Positions 53,222 to 63,614 of a stretch of 64,000 nucleotides of DNA are shown piece after piece. The stretch comes from Perkinsela sp. CCAP 1560/9. Its lineage: Eukaryota; Protista; Euglenozoa: Kinetoplastea. The notes under the pieces are model-generated. The model was not told the origin of the DNA, ran no database searches, and saw only the letters and a program-made list of their open reading frames with translations. Position 1 is the stretch's first letter. Every line of letters begins with the position of its first letter. Position numbers and translations under genes: made by a program. The stretch lies in the NCBI GenBank assembly GCA_965644495.1, contig CBFFSA010000001.1:806001-870000 (forward strand), given 5' to 3'.

Positions 53222-53893
53222 ATGAACGGAGTACCTCGCATTTATTTTTTACCATTCTGCGCCGACACCACCCAGTCTCGCCCAGGCAAAGTTAGAGGAA
53301 ACATTCTTCCCCCAGAGTATGAGCTCTCTCGCTTTATATCAAATGTCACGGTACCGCGTTATTCCAAATACCATAAGACTTGGACGGCAGAGAAGTCTGT
53401 GACGGAGTGGGCTGGAGTCGATTGTACGTATCCTGCTACAGTCATAGCGATTCGTTGGGGTGGTCTCGCCTTACATGGGACATTGGACTGGGCACACCTC
53501 CCCTCCACCGTTACGGACCTTCATCTTGGGGCTGCTCTTAAGGGATGTCTACTGGTAAAAAATTACCTAGAGGGTAGAATTGAAACCTCCCTTCTACCAC
53601 GAGGGCTACAAGAATTCTCATCTCCGAGCACTCGCTTTTCAGGGCCAATTGATCTAACACAACTTCCTCCTGCACTGTGCAGCTTAAATCTTTGCGGGAA
53701 CCAGTTATCGGGTTCATTGGACTTCACGCGCTTGCCAGATGGACTAATTCGCCTCCGCCTTGCGTATAATCGTTTTAGTGGCGCGGTGACCTTTGATCAC
53801 CTTCCTAAGGGTATGAGCACATTGTACATTGACGAAGAAGGAATTATTTTTGACGGATCAGTTCCTATATTCGTGGTGCTTAGGAGATACTAA
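53222..53893 (+). CDS. Short LRR protein (same family)
   Basis: SRPGKVRGNILPPEYELSRFISNV, EWAGVDC cap and LRR units. Confidence 0.88.
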   Translation: MNGVPRIYFLPFCADTTQSRPGKVRGNILPPEYELSRFISNVTVPRYSKYHKTWTAEKSVTEWAGVDCTYPATVIAIRWGGLALHGTLDWAHLPSTVTDLHLGAALKGCLLVKNYLEGRIETSLLPRGLQEFSSPSTRFSGPIDLTQLPPALCSLNLCGNQLSGSLDFTRLPDGLIRLRLAYNRFSGAVTFDHLPKGMSTLYIDEEGIIFDGSVPIFVVLRRY

Positions 53894-54627
53894 TTACTGA
53901 GGATCGGTACGGTTGCAATTTGATTACACATGGTTTGCCCGATGGGACCGTTTCTTTTCGCTTTCCTGGGGATGATATCCCGCGCTTTTCCCTGTGTCGC
54001 CGCGGAAGGCGAAAAGGTCCAGATGGGAGTGTTGATTGCGCCTACCCCTACTGGGCCTAAATATCTCTGCAGGTCTTGTCCTGCATGAAAAAACAATCTT
54101 GTACATCATTTGGGCCATTCTGTGCGGAATGGTTCATGATGTAATAGTCTTTCTTTTGGGCAGCTTCATTAAGTGCGGCAGTTGTTTGCAATTTCGAATG
54201 CACCACTGTCTCGTATTTCACTTTGAAAACAAACAGCGTGCTTAATAAAGCGGCTAAAAGAAAAAAAATTGATCACCTTTCTTATACTGGGGGTAAATCT
54301 CTAGCTATAGTGCAAACGGAAATTCTAGCCTCTTAATATGATGCATATAGAAAGTTATCCCTATCGTACACTCATGACGACTCTTAAACATAGCTGAAAA
54401 GCATTAGCAACGGGACGGTATAAGATAAAATCAGGGGCGGATATTGGGATTTGTGATTGAAGCTGAAAAGGGAAAAAAGTTGCGCAAAAAAGAAAGAAAG
54501 CAGCTCTCCGAATAGGCATTAGTAATTGCCATTAGTATGCCGTTAGCACTATTTAACTAAAAGTCTTCTTAACAGGAAGATATTTTTCCTCTCTGTGTAT
54601 CACTTTTAAAAATTAATTTTAAGGTTT

Positions 54628-56127
54628 ATGACTCTACCTCTAGTAGCCGCAGCTGCTCGTTCGTACGATCTCATAGTGCTCGGTGCAGGGTCTGGTGGGC
54701 TGGAGGCAGCATACTACAGTGCGACCCTGTACGGAGCAAAAGTTCTGGTTGTGGAGCCACAAATTTTTCATGGACCGCCTCATTTCTCGGCCGTTGGAGG
54801 TACGTGCGTCAATGTTGGTTGCGTTCCTAAAAAGCTTTTGGTACAAGCGGCTAATTTTTATCACAATTTTCAAGATGCCAAAGGATTTGGTTGGAATTTT
54901 CCTGCTTTTCCGAAACTTGAATGGGGATCTCTGATGCAGAAGAAGGATAAAACAATCCGGAGCATAAACGAGTCCTATATTGAAATGTTCAAGGATGCTA
55001 AGATGGACCTGGTGCAAGGTTGGGGAGCACTTGGTCGCGACGGAAAGAGTGTATATATCACAGAAGATATTGATCAAAGGAATGAACAATCAGCTATAGA
55101 GCACACGGTGAAGAGCGAACACATTTTGCTCAGTTGCGGTGGTTGGCCTATCAAGCCTGCAATTCCGGGTATTGAGCATGTCGTGACAAGCAATGAAGTT
55201 TTTTATTTATCTGAGCAACCCAACCGAGTTCTAATAATTGGGGGAGGATACATCGCCGTCGAATTCGCCTCCATTCTACATGGGCTAGGTGTTCCTAACA
55301 TTATTTTGCTTTATCGCGGTGAACTATTTCTTCGTGGGTTTGATGTTGATTGTCGTCAAGAGCTCAAGGCACAATTAAGCAAATGTCCGGGAGTAGAAAT
55401 TCATTTCAATGAACAAGCTACTGCGATACAGTCAACTTCAGGAAAAAAGTGTGTGTTTACCAATAAGGGAAACATTTTTCGGTATCTGGATCTTATTATC
55501 TGTGCAACGGGACGACAGCCACGTACGGCAGCTCTAGGTCTGCAAGAGGCAGGTGTTCATATAGCCAAAAATGGAGCTGTAAACGTCAATGAATTTAGTC
55601 AAACCTCATTGGCCAACGTTTGGGCTGTGGGAGATATAACAGACCGAGTCAATCTTACTCCTGTAGCCATTCATGAAGGATTTCGCGTTGCTGGTAATAT
55701 GTTTGGCAATTCACAAGTTCCGGTAGATCACACGAATATCCCATCTGCGGTGTTTTCTATTCCTCCCATTGCTACTGTCGGCATTCTTGAGGAGAATGCT
55801 GCAAGCAAATTTTCCCGCGTTGCGGTGTACAAAACTAGATTTACGCCCATGATGCACCAGCTGACGGGTGCTTCACACAAGGCAGTCCTCATGAAACTGG
55901 TGTCGGATTACGATACTGGGTTAGTCGTTGGAGTACATTTGCTAGGTTCCGATACCCCGGAAATGATTCAAGGGGTAGCTGTGGCTGTGCGTCTTGGAGC
56001 AAAAGTAAAAGATTTTTACAATACGATTGGTGTGCATCCGACTTCTTCCGAGGAGCTATGTTCGATGCGGGTGCCAGCATATTATTACATCGACGGTAAA
56101 CGAAGCGAAAATGCACCACAAACGTAA
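54628..56127 (+). CDS. TR: Trypanothione reductase
   Basis: GAGSGGLEA, HGPPHFSAVGGTCVNVGCVPKK, SYIEMF, GGGYIAVEFA, YRGELFLRGFD and HPTSSEEL. Confidence 0.93.
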   Translation: MTLPLVAAAARSYDLIVLGAGSGGLEAAYYSATLYGAKVLVVEPQIFHGPPHFSAVGGTCVNVGCVPKKLLVQAANFYHNFQDAKGFGWNFPAFPKLEWGSLMQKKDKTIRSINESYIEMFKDAKMDLVQGWGALGRDGKSVYITEDIDQRNEQSAIEHTVKSEHILLSCGGWPIKPAIPGIEHVVTSNEVFYLSEQPNRVLIIGGGYIAVEFASILHGLGVPNIILLYRGELFLRGFDVDCRQELKAQLSKCPGVEIHFNEQATAIQSTSGKKCVFTNKGNIFRYLDLIICATGRQPRTAALGLQEAGVHIAKNGAVNVNEFSQTSLANVWAVGDITDRVNLTPVAIHEGFRVAGNMFGNSQVPVDHTNIPSAVFSIPPIATVGILEENAASKFSRVAVYKTRFTPMMHQLTGASHKAVLMKLVSDYDTGLVVGVHLLGSDTPEMIQGVAVAVRLGAKVKDFYNTIGVHPTSSEELCSMRVPAYYYIDGKRSENAPQT

Positions 56128-56360
56128 TATGCACTACCATTTTCAGCACTTGGGGTAGTTTCATGGGATTTTGCTGAGCACCGCTAAAAAAATAACTGCG
56201 TGCACATGCAAGTCAAGATATCCCCAGTTTGAGATAGTAGATAAAGTGTCAAAGCATACGTATTGTAAATCATGGTGTTCGAAGTTCGAAACGGACTGGT
56301 AACCCTCACGATTGCAACGTAACCAAACACCTCCAGTTAAATATTTTCTTGCAAGGCATA

Positions 56361-56450
56361 CAGGGGTGCAAAGCAGATGCTGGGAGGGTCTAAATTTTGT
56401 AAAATTTAGCTAATCCTCGAAAATAATAGCTCATCGGAGAGCTCTCGCAA
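56361..56450. repeat. Diverged solo copy of the 5142 MITE left end
   Basis: TA|CAGGGGTG...GGTCTAAATTTTGTAAAATTTAGC...AAAATAATAGC...GAGAGCTCTCG aligns to 5142-5230. Confidence 0.7.
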
Positions 56451-56598
56451 AGTAGTACTAGTATATTGTGGACTAGGCAGTTTCCCGGGTTGTAGGGAGG
56501 TGTAAATGCAAATGTACATCTTACATACGAACAGTGTAAGTAATTTATACACTTTTAAGTACTTCAATCAGTTTCACTTAAATACATATTTCCTTGTA

Positions 56599-58506
56599 AT
56601 GGGTGAAAAATCAAATAGTCCCCCACCTTTGTTGATATTGTGTGTCCTTGCGACACACCTTTCTTTCGCGAAGTGCCCTATTGTTGCGACCTCCGTTACG
56701 TCGGTCTTGGATAAGAAAACCCCTAGCAAGTTGCGACACCTACTCAAAGTTACCCTTTCTGTGGAGGAAGGCGCCATTTACGGAACGGAGACTTTTCTGC
56801 TCACCAAGGCGACGGATACCTCCAGTGGTGTCTCTCGCCAATTTCGTTCTCCCATTGAGTTATCTCTTAAAAAGCCTGCGGTGGTTTTGCATTACCCCCT
56901 CGTCTATCAGCAAACTGTGGATGCGGCGCCGTATGAGACTCACATCCTCACCAATGTCATAGACTGTGATAGGGTAGTAGAGGAAATGTGTGGCTCACGC
57001 CATGGGTTTTGCTGCCGGTGTTCGGCCTGTGCGGTTGCCGGTCTCTGTCCCCCACGACTGTTTCGCGGAGATCTCCGCTGCCGGATGGGTACCATGCGCT
57101 CTCTGGTGACCTGTCTACGGTACAACCACACCTGGTATCACGTCTTTGAGGTTCAACCCCCGCAAATCGAATCCACGATCTCCCTTGCAGCGAATCTGTC
57201 CACCACTTGGCGCGAATTCATTCAGGTCAGCACCTCCACCCCGACCGTACGAAGAGAAAACCTCACCTTAGAGTACCACGCTGACTTTGCGACCCCCGTC
57301 CACCCCCCCACCTTCTCCGACAAATTTTTCGTCGTCTCCCAAAACGGCACCAACCCCGCGCTGATTGACAAAACCAAATTCTCCCTGGACGGCTCCCAGT
57401 GCAACAAAATCGGTGTCTCCCCCACCGCCTACGTCCACCAACCCGAGCGCTGCCGTGCCCCCGCCGGGCACGGTCTCCACAACCAACTCGCCGACCTCCT
57501 CTCCGAGGCCACCGCCTCCGCGCGGGTGGGCAACACCACCTCGTTCTTCCCCGCGGACTTCGGCCCCTTCCTGGGGTACCGCCACGGGGACAACGCCCTC
57601 AGCTACGGGCTGCCCCCCCAGCGGCACACCTCCCTGGTCACCCTCACGATTGATGCCACCGAGCACCTCACCGAGATCCATGCCGTAGGCTCCGGCCGCA
57701 TGCACGTGGTCTTGGTGGGGGCTACCGTGGGGAGGGGGACAAGGAGGGGGACTACGCGTCCTGTGAGTACGGGTAGTGGGACTACGAGTCCTACGAATAC
57801 GATTCCTACGAGTACGAGTCCTACGAGTACAATTCCTACGAGTACGAGTCCCACGACTACGATTCCTACGGCTACGAGTCCTGCGACTACGAGTCCTACG
57901 GCTACGAGTCCTACGACTACGAGTCCTACGGCTACGAGTCCTACGACTAAGAGTACGAATACGGTGAGTACTACTATGACTCCCCATGGCCATGGCTTTG
58001 CCCAGGGCCGGGGGGTGTTAAAAGTGAGGGTACGTAACCTTGAGAAGGACACTGCCGGGTCGCTCACTATGGGGTGTAATGCCAGTAGTACGGTACGCAC
58101 CCCTGCGGTTTACCAAAGCCTCGGGCCCGGGGAGGAGGCTGAGGTGGAGTTAAGTCTCACCCTCGGACCCGCGGGGACACAGACGTGTTTTTTACATGTC
58201 TTTGTGGAGGGGGAGGACTACTGTCAGGCTACACTGCGGTGGGAAAGTGAGGGAATAACTCCGAAAATGCCACAGTTGCAAGCTCCGGTTCGGTTTGACC
58301 GGGTGGAGTATGTTGTGGCGAAGGAGAAGGGGTCTCGCAGGAGAGGGTCTTGTCCGTGGTACAACCCGTTGTGTAAAGTAGCGGGTGGGGTGGTGCGCAG
58401 GGTAGTGAGGTACTCCATTACGATTGTGGGGGTTGTGTTGGTTGTGGGTGTGGTTCTTCCATGGGGTGTCCGGAGGATGTTTCGTATTGGAAGGAAAGCA
58501 AGCTAA
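56599..58506 (+). CDS. HAP2: HAP2/GCS1 gamete fusogen (class II fusion protein)
   Basis: Signal peptide, GFCCRC, CLRYNHTWYHVF, LDGSQCNKIGVS...C...LHNQL, CPWYNPLC and a C-terminal TM with a basic tail. Confidence 0.92.
   Translation: MGEKSNSPPPLLILCVLATHLSFAKCPIVATSVTSVLDKKTPSKLRHLLKVTLSVEEGAIYGTETFLLTKATDTSSGVSRQFRSPIELSLKKPAVVLHYPLVYQQTVDAAPYETHILTNVIDCDRVVEEMCGSRHGFCCRCSACAVAGLCPPRLFRGDLRCRMGTMRSLVTCLRYNHTWYHVFEVQPPQIESTISLAANLSTTWREFIQVSTSTPTVRRENLTLEYHADFATPVHPPTFSDKFFVVSQNGTNPALIDKTKFSLDGSQCNKIGVSPTAYVHQPERCRAPAGHGLHNQLADLLSEATASARVGNTTSFFPADFGPFLGYRHGDNALSYGLPPQRHTSLVTLTIDATEHLTEIHAVGSGRMHVVLVGATVGRGTRRGTTRPVSTGSGTTSPTNTIPTSTSPTSTIPTSTSPTTTIPTATSPATTSPTATSPTTTSPTATSPTTKSTNTVSTTMTPHGHGFAQGRGVLKVRVRNLEKDTAGSLTMGCNASSTVRTPAVYQSLGPGEEAEVELSLTLGPAGTQTCFLHVFVEGEDYCQATLRWESEGITPKMPQLQAPVRFDRVEYVVAKEKGSRRRGSCPWYNPLCKVAGGVVRRVVRYSITIVGVVLVVGVVLPWGVRRMFRIGRKAS
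57781..57945 (+). repeat. 15-bp coding minisatellite (~11 units, xTSPT/xTIPT) inside HAP2
   Basis: Tandem ACTACGAGTCCTACG variants. Confidence 0.9.
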
Positions 58507-58932
58507 GGAGCAAGCGAGGAACTGCGCTCAGCGACGGAGGGCACGAGAGTATAGGATTTTGCTTTAGTACAGTAAGTTTTCCTACTTTTAATCGATAAAA
58601 GCTAATTAAAAATTATTGTTTTGCTGCTTGCGTAGTTTTATTTTTCTGTCTCACCTCGTTTCTTGCTTGCTGTTTCTCTTTTCTTTTTCTTCGACTTGTT
58701 CATAATAACTTGGTGACTCATTGGTTTTTGCCTTTATTTTTGGTGTACATTACGAAGGGTTCTTCTATACTGCGTTCTCCCATACTAGGAATACACTACA
58801 GCTGACAAGGTTGGGAGCCAATGAAATACCTGTAGTATTGAAACTATACTATGCACATGTGTACATACTCATTATGTTTATAAATATATTTCAATCTTTT
58901 ATTACATTTATTAGAGTATAGAAATATTACTC

Positions 58933-61900
58933 ATGAGTATAAGACGCTTTGTGCAACGCAGAGAGAGAAGTTTGGTGCATCATTGCGCGCCTTCGTCTCC
59001 ACTAGGTACACTATCAAGGGAGAGTCGCTGGTGCTCCACATCTACCACATCCCCGGCGGATGCAGACGCGAAGGAAAAAGAGCCACCCGTGAACATTATT
59101 AAAAGTCTGGCTACGGATATGGACCACAGCCTTTCCTGGGGTCCGGAGGGGTCAGGTTTCGGACTCTCACGAGATCAAGTTATAGCACGATGGCTTCAAG
59201 TGGGTAAGGATCCTGTAGTGGATGCCCCACTCTCACTAACACCCGAAGAAATTACTCGCCGACGCAACATCCTGCGTGAGGACTTTCTTGGAACGGATCT
59301 TGCCAGTCCTGACGAATCTCATCGCAAACAATCTAAAGATTTTTACCGGCGCATTTTCAAAGAACGCATTTTAATGGACATGCGACAGCATTCCCGAGCC
59401 CCAAGCGACGTAGGAAAACTGAGTTTTGCGGGTGATGAAAAAACGCCTTTAGCAGATCCTGCTGATCTAGAAGCTACACGATGGGAAGACTGCCCCACTT
59501 TTCAGGAAACCGCGAAGGGTATTGATAGACTACTCGGCACAAGGCCTCGTCATATGAAGGATTTCGAACACCTTTTAGAAAACGCGGATGCTGAAAAGCT
59601 TTACCAGTTTTGGTCTACTGCGAGAAACTCTCAAGGCGATCAACCTCACTCAAATTTGAATCTCTCTGCGTTTGCATACTACGATGGCGCGGAACTTAAA
59701 GATTTTTGTTATCGTGTAAAGCCTTTAAATGACGAGCGCAAGGATTTCGTTGCAATGCTGAGTAAAGATATTGAAAGAGCCAAAAGTTGGGCGTTTATTG
59801 CAGATCGCATAGCGTCGCAATATTCGAAGGTTCATGACATTTATGCTAATAGACGCATCAGACAAATAGAAAAGAATATACGAAAGGCTTGGTCAATAAT
59901 GACAGAGGAGGAGCAAATTCAGATGTGTCTCCATGAACGTTCGCTTGAAGAAATCCGAATTCTAGAAGGATCTTTTGACCCTACGGATCCAAGAGACACA
60001 ACGCCCGAGTGGAAGTCGGAACACGAGTCCATAACCGCAATGTTAAATGAAACGATTCCTGGATGTTCCTTTACTCTCAACGAGTACTGGTCTACCTATG
60101 AACGCGTGAATGAAATGCAGCGTGAACACATGTACACCACCTATGCCCACAAGCTGCGCTTTGCACGCTCATGGCAACGGGTACGATGCGAGAACGCAGG
60201 AGCAGAGGATGTAATTGTAAAAGCGCTTTTGGACAGCCTACGCAAGAGCACATTTGACTTCGGAAGCGGAACCATCATTCCGAGTATGAATGAAATCTGG
60301 TGCAAACTCAATTGGACGTTCTTTGGTTCAGGAAATTACGTCCAGCACACACCCAACGGAAGTAGGGAGTACGTTTTCCAACATGGAACGCCCACGCAGG
60401 TCCGTGCCTTAGCGAAGGCGTATTTCCTATCACGTCCCCATGCGGACGCTATTGACTACTCATCCCCTTTTACCTATCGGCAGAGCCACGCTGACATTAT
60501 GGCCGAGGCCGGAGTGGATGCCCTGGAAGACCACTCCAAAGAGAGTGCCTCGTCAGTACAAATGGTCGATTGGGAAGAAAACCTCGCAAAGGTGCTACGC
60601 TCCGCTCGCTCGAGACTGGGAAAACTCCGGCGACGCTACCTAGAAAGGGCCCGTGAGGAGTTTGCTGCCTCCACCGAGAGTGGGGGTCCCCTCACGGATA
60701 TTTCCCTACGACGTACCTCCACCGGGGACCACCCCGCGCTGGCTTGGAAACTCGGCACCAAGGCCACCATCGCCTTCCACTGGCATCCCCCAGAGCTCGA
60801 CACCCCCCTCCCCCCTTCCGGCAAGGATCGCATCCTTGCCGCGTTCCATCGACGACAAAAAGCAACTCTCGAGCTCACCCTGTGGCGAAAGAAAACTCCA
60901 AAGGACCGCGCAGCCTCCGCCGCGACCCACTCCGAGGCCACAGCGCTGTGTGCGCAAGACCCCCGGCTACGGGACGTCTCCTGGTACACCCTGTGGTTCT
61001 GTCAGCACGTGTTACGCCGCCCGGCTGCGTGTGATGCTGCCCATGCGTATCTCACGGACCCCTCTGTGGGATTGCTGGACGACACAGAACCCGAAGAGGA
61101 CATGAGATTAACGCAGTCCTTTGTGGACTCCGACCAGCACCCCGACGACACGGAACACGAGGGCTGGGTGTTTGCGGCGGTATTGCACGATAACGTGGAG
61201 CTCACGGGGGAACCGCGTGTGGAGGTGCTGCTGCCGTATGTGGGGCGAGGGCTTGGGGGGGACCCGAGCCCGTTGCCTGGGGGGACATACCGGATTCGGA
61301 TACGAGCCTACCGTAGGAGTGTCACCCCAACGCGACACCCCGCATGTTGTGTGGAGGGCCATTCCGAGGCTTTTGTGGTGCAGGATGCCTTGGAGCAGGA
61401 TATTAAGGAGGGGGTCGGGGATACACTTGTGGATGAGGAGTTTTTTCCGAAGCAAGAGCTTCCCGGACTGGTGCGGTTTTTACGTTCCCGGGAGTATGAT
61501 ATCCCGATTGATCAGGAATTTGAGCTCGGACAACGCGTGACTCCGCAGGGGGGGGTGAGTATGGCGTATGTTGCACAGACATTGCGCTCTGCGGTGGGTG
61601 TGGAGGATCCCAACGTCCGCGGCATCTCCGAGGATGAGATCGACACGGAACGGTCGTTGTTTGCCGTACATGAGCAGCTTCATCCCGGGTTACTGCTCGA
61701 TGAGTGGATGTCCCGACGCCGCGCGCTGTTTACTCGATCCTTTGAGGGTTCCGAGTCGGGGTGGTGGATTTATGACGAACTCGAACAGGAGGACGTAGAT
61801 ATGCGAAACCTGAACGGCCCTGTGTGGTACGCCCAGGACAAGGTGACCAGTCTGTCCGCGAGGGGGGATTACGAGCATGCTGTTGGACAAGCCCTTGCGG

Positions 61901-62346
61901 TGGCGGAGGTGGACGGCTCCGGAATTGTCACCGACCTCCGTTTGAATAATACTTCTGAAGGGAGTCTGGGGATTGCGGAGGCACAGAAAGCGCTTCTAGG
62001 GGCCATGCACAACGCTCACACCCGGCTAAACTTTCTGGCACACGCCAAGCTGGCTCCGCTGTATGAAAAGGTCCGGCAAGGGGTAGAGGAGCGTCAGCAC
62101 AGCGTGCATGGGTTTGCCTCCTGGGGAGGGAAGTACCTGCGGACGATTAACTATTGCTACCAGCTAGCCGCGCGGAACGTTCAACACAAACTCCAGACTG
62201 TGGAGTCGATGAAGCGAGACCAGCCGGTGGAACGATGGGGAAGTCCGGAGTATAAATTTAGGACGGAGAAGCCCACGCAGGAATATAAAATAGGTCCTCA
62301 CGAGGCTACCCCGCCGCATGGCACAGAACACTCATGGCCTAGGTAA
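58933..62346 (+). CDS. Large kinetoplastid-type mitochondrial protein (possibly mitoribosome-associated)
   Basis: 1137-aa ORF with an MSIRRFVQRR presequence-like start. Family not recognised. Confidence 0.75.
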   Translation: MSIRRFVQRRERSLVHHCAPSSPLGTLSRESRWCSTSTTSPADADAKEKEPPVNIIKSLATDMDHSLSWGPEGSGFGLSRDQVIARWLQVGKDPVVDAPLSLTPEEITRRRNILREDFLGTDLASPDESHRKQSKDFYRRIFKERILMDMRQHSRAPSDVGKLSFAGDEKTPLADPADLEATRWEDCPTFQETAKGIDRLLGTRPRHMKDFEHLLENADAEKLYQFWSTARNSQGDQPHSNLNLSAFAYYDGAELKDFCYRVKPLNDERKDFVAMLSKDIERAKSWAFIADRIASQYSKVHDIYANRRIRQIEKNIRKAWSIMTEEEQIQMCLHERSLEEIRILEGSFDPTDPRDTTPEWKSEHESITAMLNETIPGCSFTLNEYWSTYERVNEMQREHMYTTYAHKLRFARSWQRVRCENAGAEDVIVKALLDSLRKSTFDFGSGTIIPSMNEIWCKLNWTFFGSGNYVQHTPNGSREYVFQHGTPTQVRALAKAYFLSRPHADAIDYSSPFTYRQSHADIMAEAGVDALEDHSKESASSVQMVDWEENLAKVLRSARSRLGKLRRRYLERAREEFAASTESGGPLTDISLRRTSTGDHPALAWKLGTKATIAFHWHPPELDTPLPPSGKDRILAAFHRRQKATLELTLWRKKTPKDRAASAATHSEATALCAQDPRLRDVSWYTLWFCQHVLRRPAACDAAHAYLTDPSVGLLDDTEPEEDMRLTQSFVDSDQHPDDTEHEGWVFAAVLHDNVELTGEPRVEVLLPYVGRGLGGDPSPLPGGTYRIRIRAYRRSVTPTRHPACCVEGHSEAFVVQDALEQDIKEGVGDTLVDEEFFPKQELPGLVRFLRSREYDIPIDQEFELGQRVTPQGGVSMAYVAQTLRSAVGVEDPNVRGISEDEIDTERSLFAVHEQLHPGLLLDEWMSRRRALFTRSFEGSESGWWIYDELEQEDVDMRNLNGPVWYAQDKVTSLSARGDYEHAVGQALAVAEVDGSGIVTDLRLNNTSEGSLGIAEAQKALLGAMHNAHTRLNFLAHAKLAPLYEKVRQGVEERQHSVHGFASWGGKYLRTINYCYQLAARNVQHKLQTVESMKRDQPVERWGSPEYKFRTEKPTQEYKIGPHEATPPHGTEHSWPR

Positions 62347-62700
62347 TACCAGGCGGAATGTTCTTACGAAATTCTTCTCGCATACTATCACTCCAGACAC
62401 ACTTGGATTTTCAAGACCATTGTTTTATAGTTCTATGATCTCCACATGTTGTTTTTAACGTGTAGATTCAAGTGGATTGAATGCCTCGAAAACGATGTGA
62501 ATAGAAGGGAACTGATGTTTGGCATGGTCACATTCTAGGCCTTGAGGCCTAGAGGTGAGCAACATTTTTTTTCAGAAGCGTTTCGTCGAATTAATGTTGT
62601 GTGTCATTACTTACCCCGCCTGTGTATCCGTACTAGTGAGCTTCATTCAATATGGTACAGATTTTCTTGTTACGTCTCTTGTTTTTTGGCTTCTTTATTT

Positions 62701-63354
62701 ATGACTACGAATTGGATATACCCCGAAGCAGAAGTGGAGGTGTCCGTATTTAAGCAAGGCAGACTGGCAAGTTGGGGTAATAACTTTAGGATAGCTTGCA
62801 AGAACTTTTCCATAGACATATCCAAAGTAAGGGGACTGCCGGAGGCCTGGTTCGACACTTTTTCTTTACGTACGCTAGGGGCGATCCCGGACTCTTCTAC
62901 CCAAAAGAATGTAGGCTCCCTACACGAAGTGGCGAACTCTCATAACTCGTGGCGACCGAATAGTGAATATACTCCATTGTCTGAAGCCCAGAAAGCTGCT
63001 CTTGATTATGAAATCATCTCGAGCTACGTTCTGGACGCTAGAAAGCATCCCACCATTAGGTTTCGCACAACAAATTTGACGGATGACACACTAGAAGGCG
63101 ATCTTTCAATGCGAGATATATCTCGTCGAATAGTATGCTTGAGGTCGAGAAATGAAGACTATGAAATGGTACACTGTCCTATTGATACTTCTTTGTTCGA
63201 TATGAAGCCATATAGTCTATATTTCGGTTATTTGGAAACGAATCCCATTGTTCAAGTTGACGTGCGGCTGAAGAGAAAAAATGACGCCTTGGCAGATGCA
63301 TCTTGGTTCACCCGATTAGGGCGAAGAGTCCGAAGTATTCTTAGATTATCTTGA
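62701..63354 (+). CDS. YceI-like (polyisoprenoid-binding) protein
   Basis: VSVFKQGRLASWG and VLDARKHPTIRFRTT...EGDLSMRDISRRI follow the YceI pattern. Confidence 0.7.
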   Translation: MTTNWIYPEAEVEVSVFKQGRLASWGNNFRIACKNFSIDISKVRGLPEAWFDTFSLRTLGAIPDSSTQKNVGSLHEVANSHNSWRPNSEYTPLSEAQKAALDYEIISSYVLDARKHPTIRFRTTNLTDDTLEGDLSMRDISRRIVCLRSRNEDYEMVHCPIDTSLFDMKPYSLYFGYLETNPIVQVDVRLKRKNDALADASWFTRLGRRVRSILRLS

Positions 63355-63614
63355 TGGCACGAGGCAGTCATTTAGGAGTGCAGTGACATTAACATGTTTG
63401 CTTCACTTCGTTTTACTGTACCCCCCCCCGTTTATAATAGCCTCGATTTTGCCCAAATGAACCTATAAAGGGGGGGGGGGGGGCGATGGAAGATTAAAAG
63501 GAACTGAATTATACAATTTAAGACTCGGCGTCGATAAGGATGACGCTAAGTATCGCAAAGGCTTTCCTTATTGCCTTCCGGAGCTGTTTTTACTCTCTGG
63601 TTTCAAAATTTCCT

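Noticed and set aside
57781-57945. Possible CRISPR-like array
   Set aside because: Contiguous 15-bp in-frame units with no spacers, and no cas genes.
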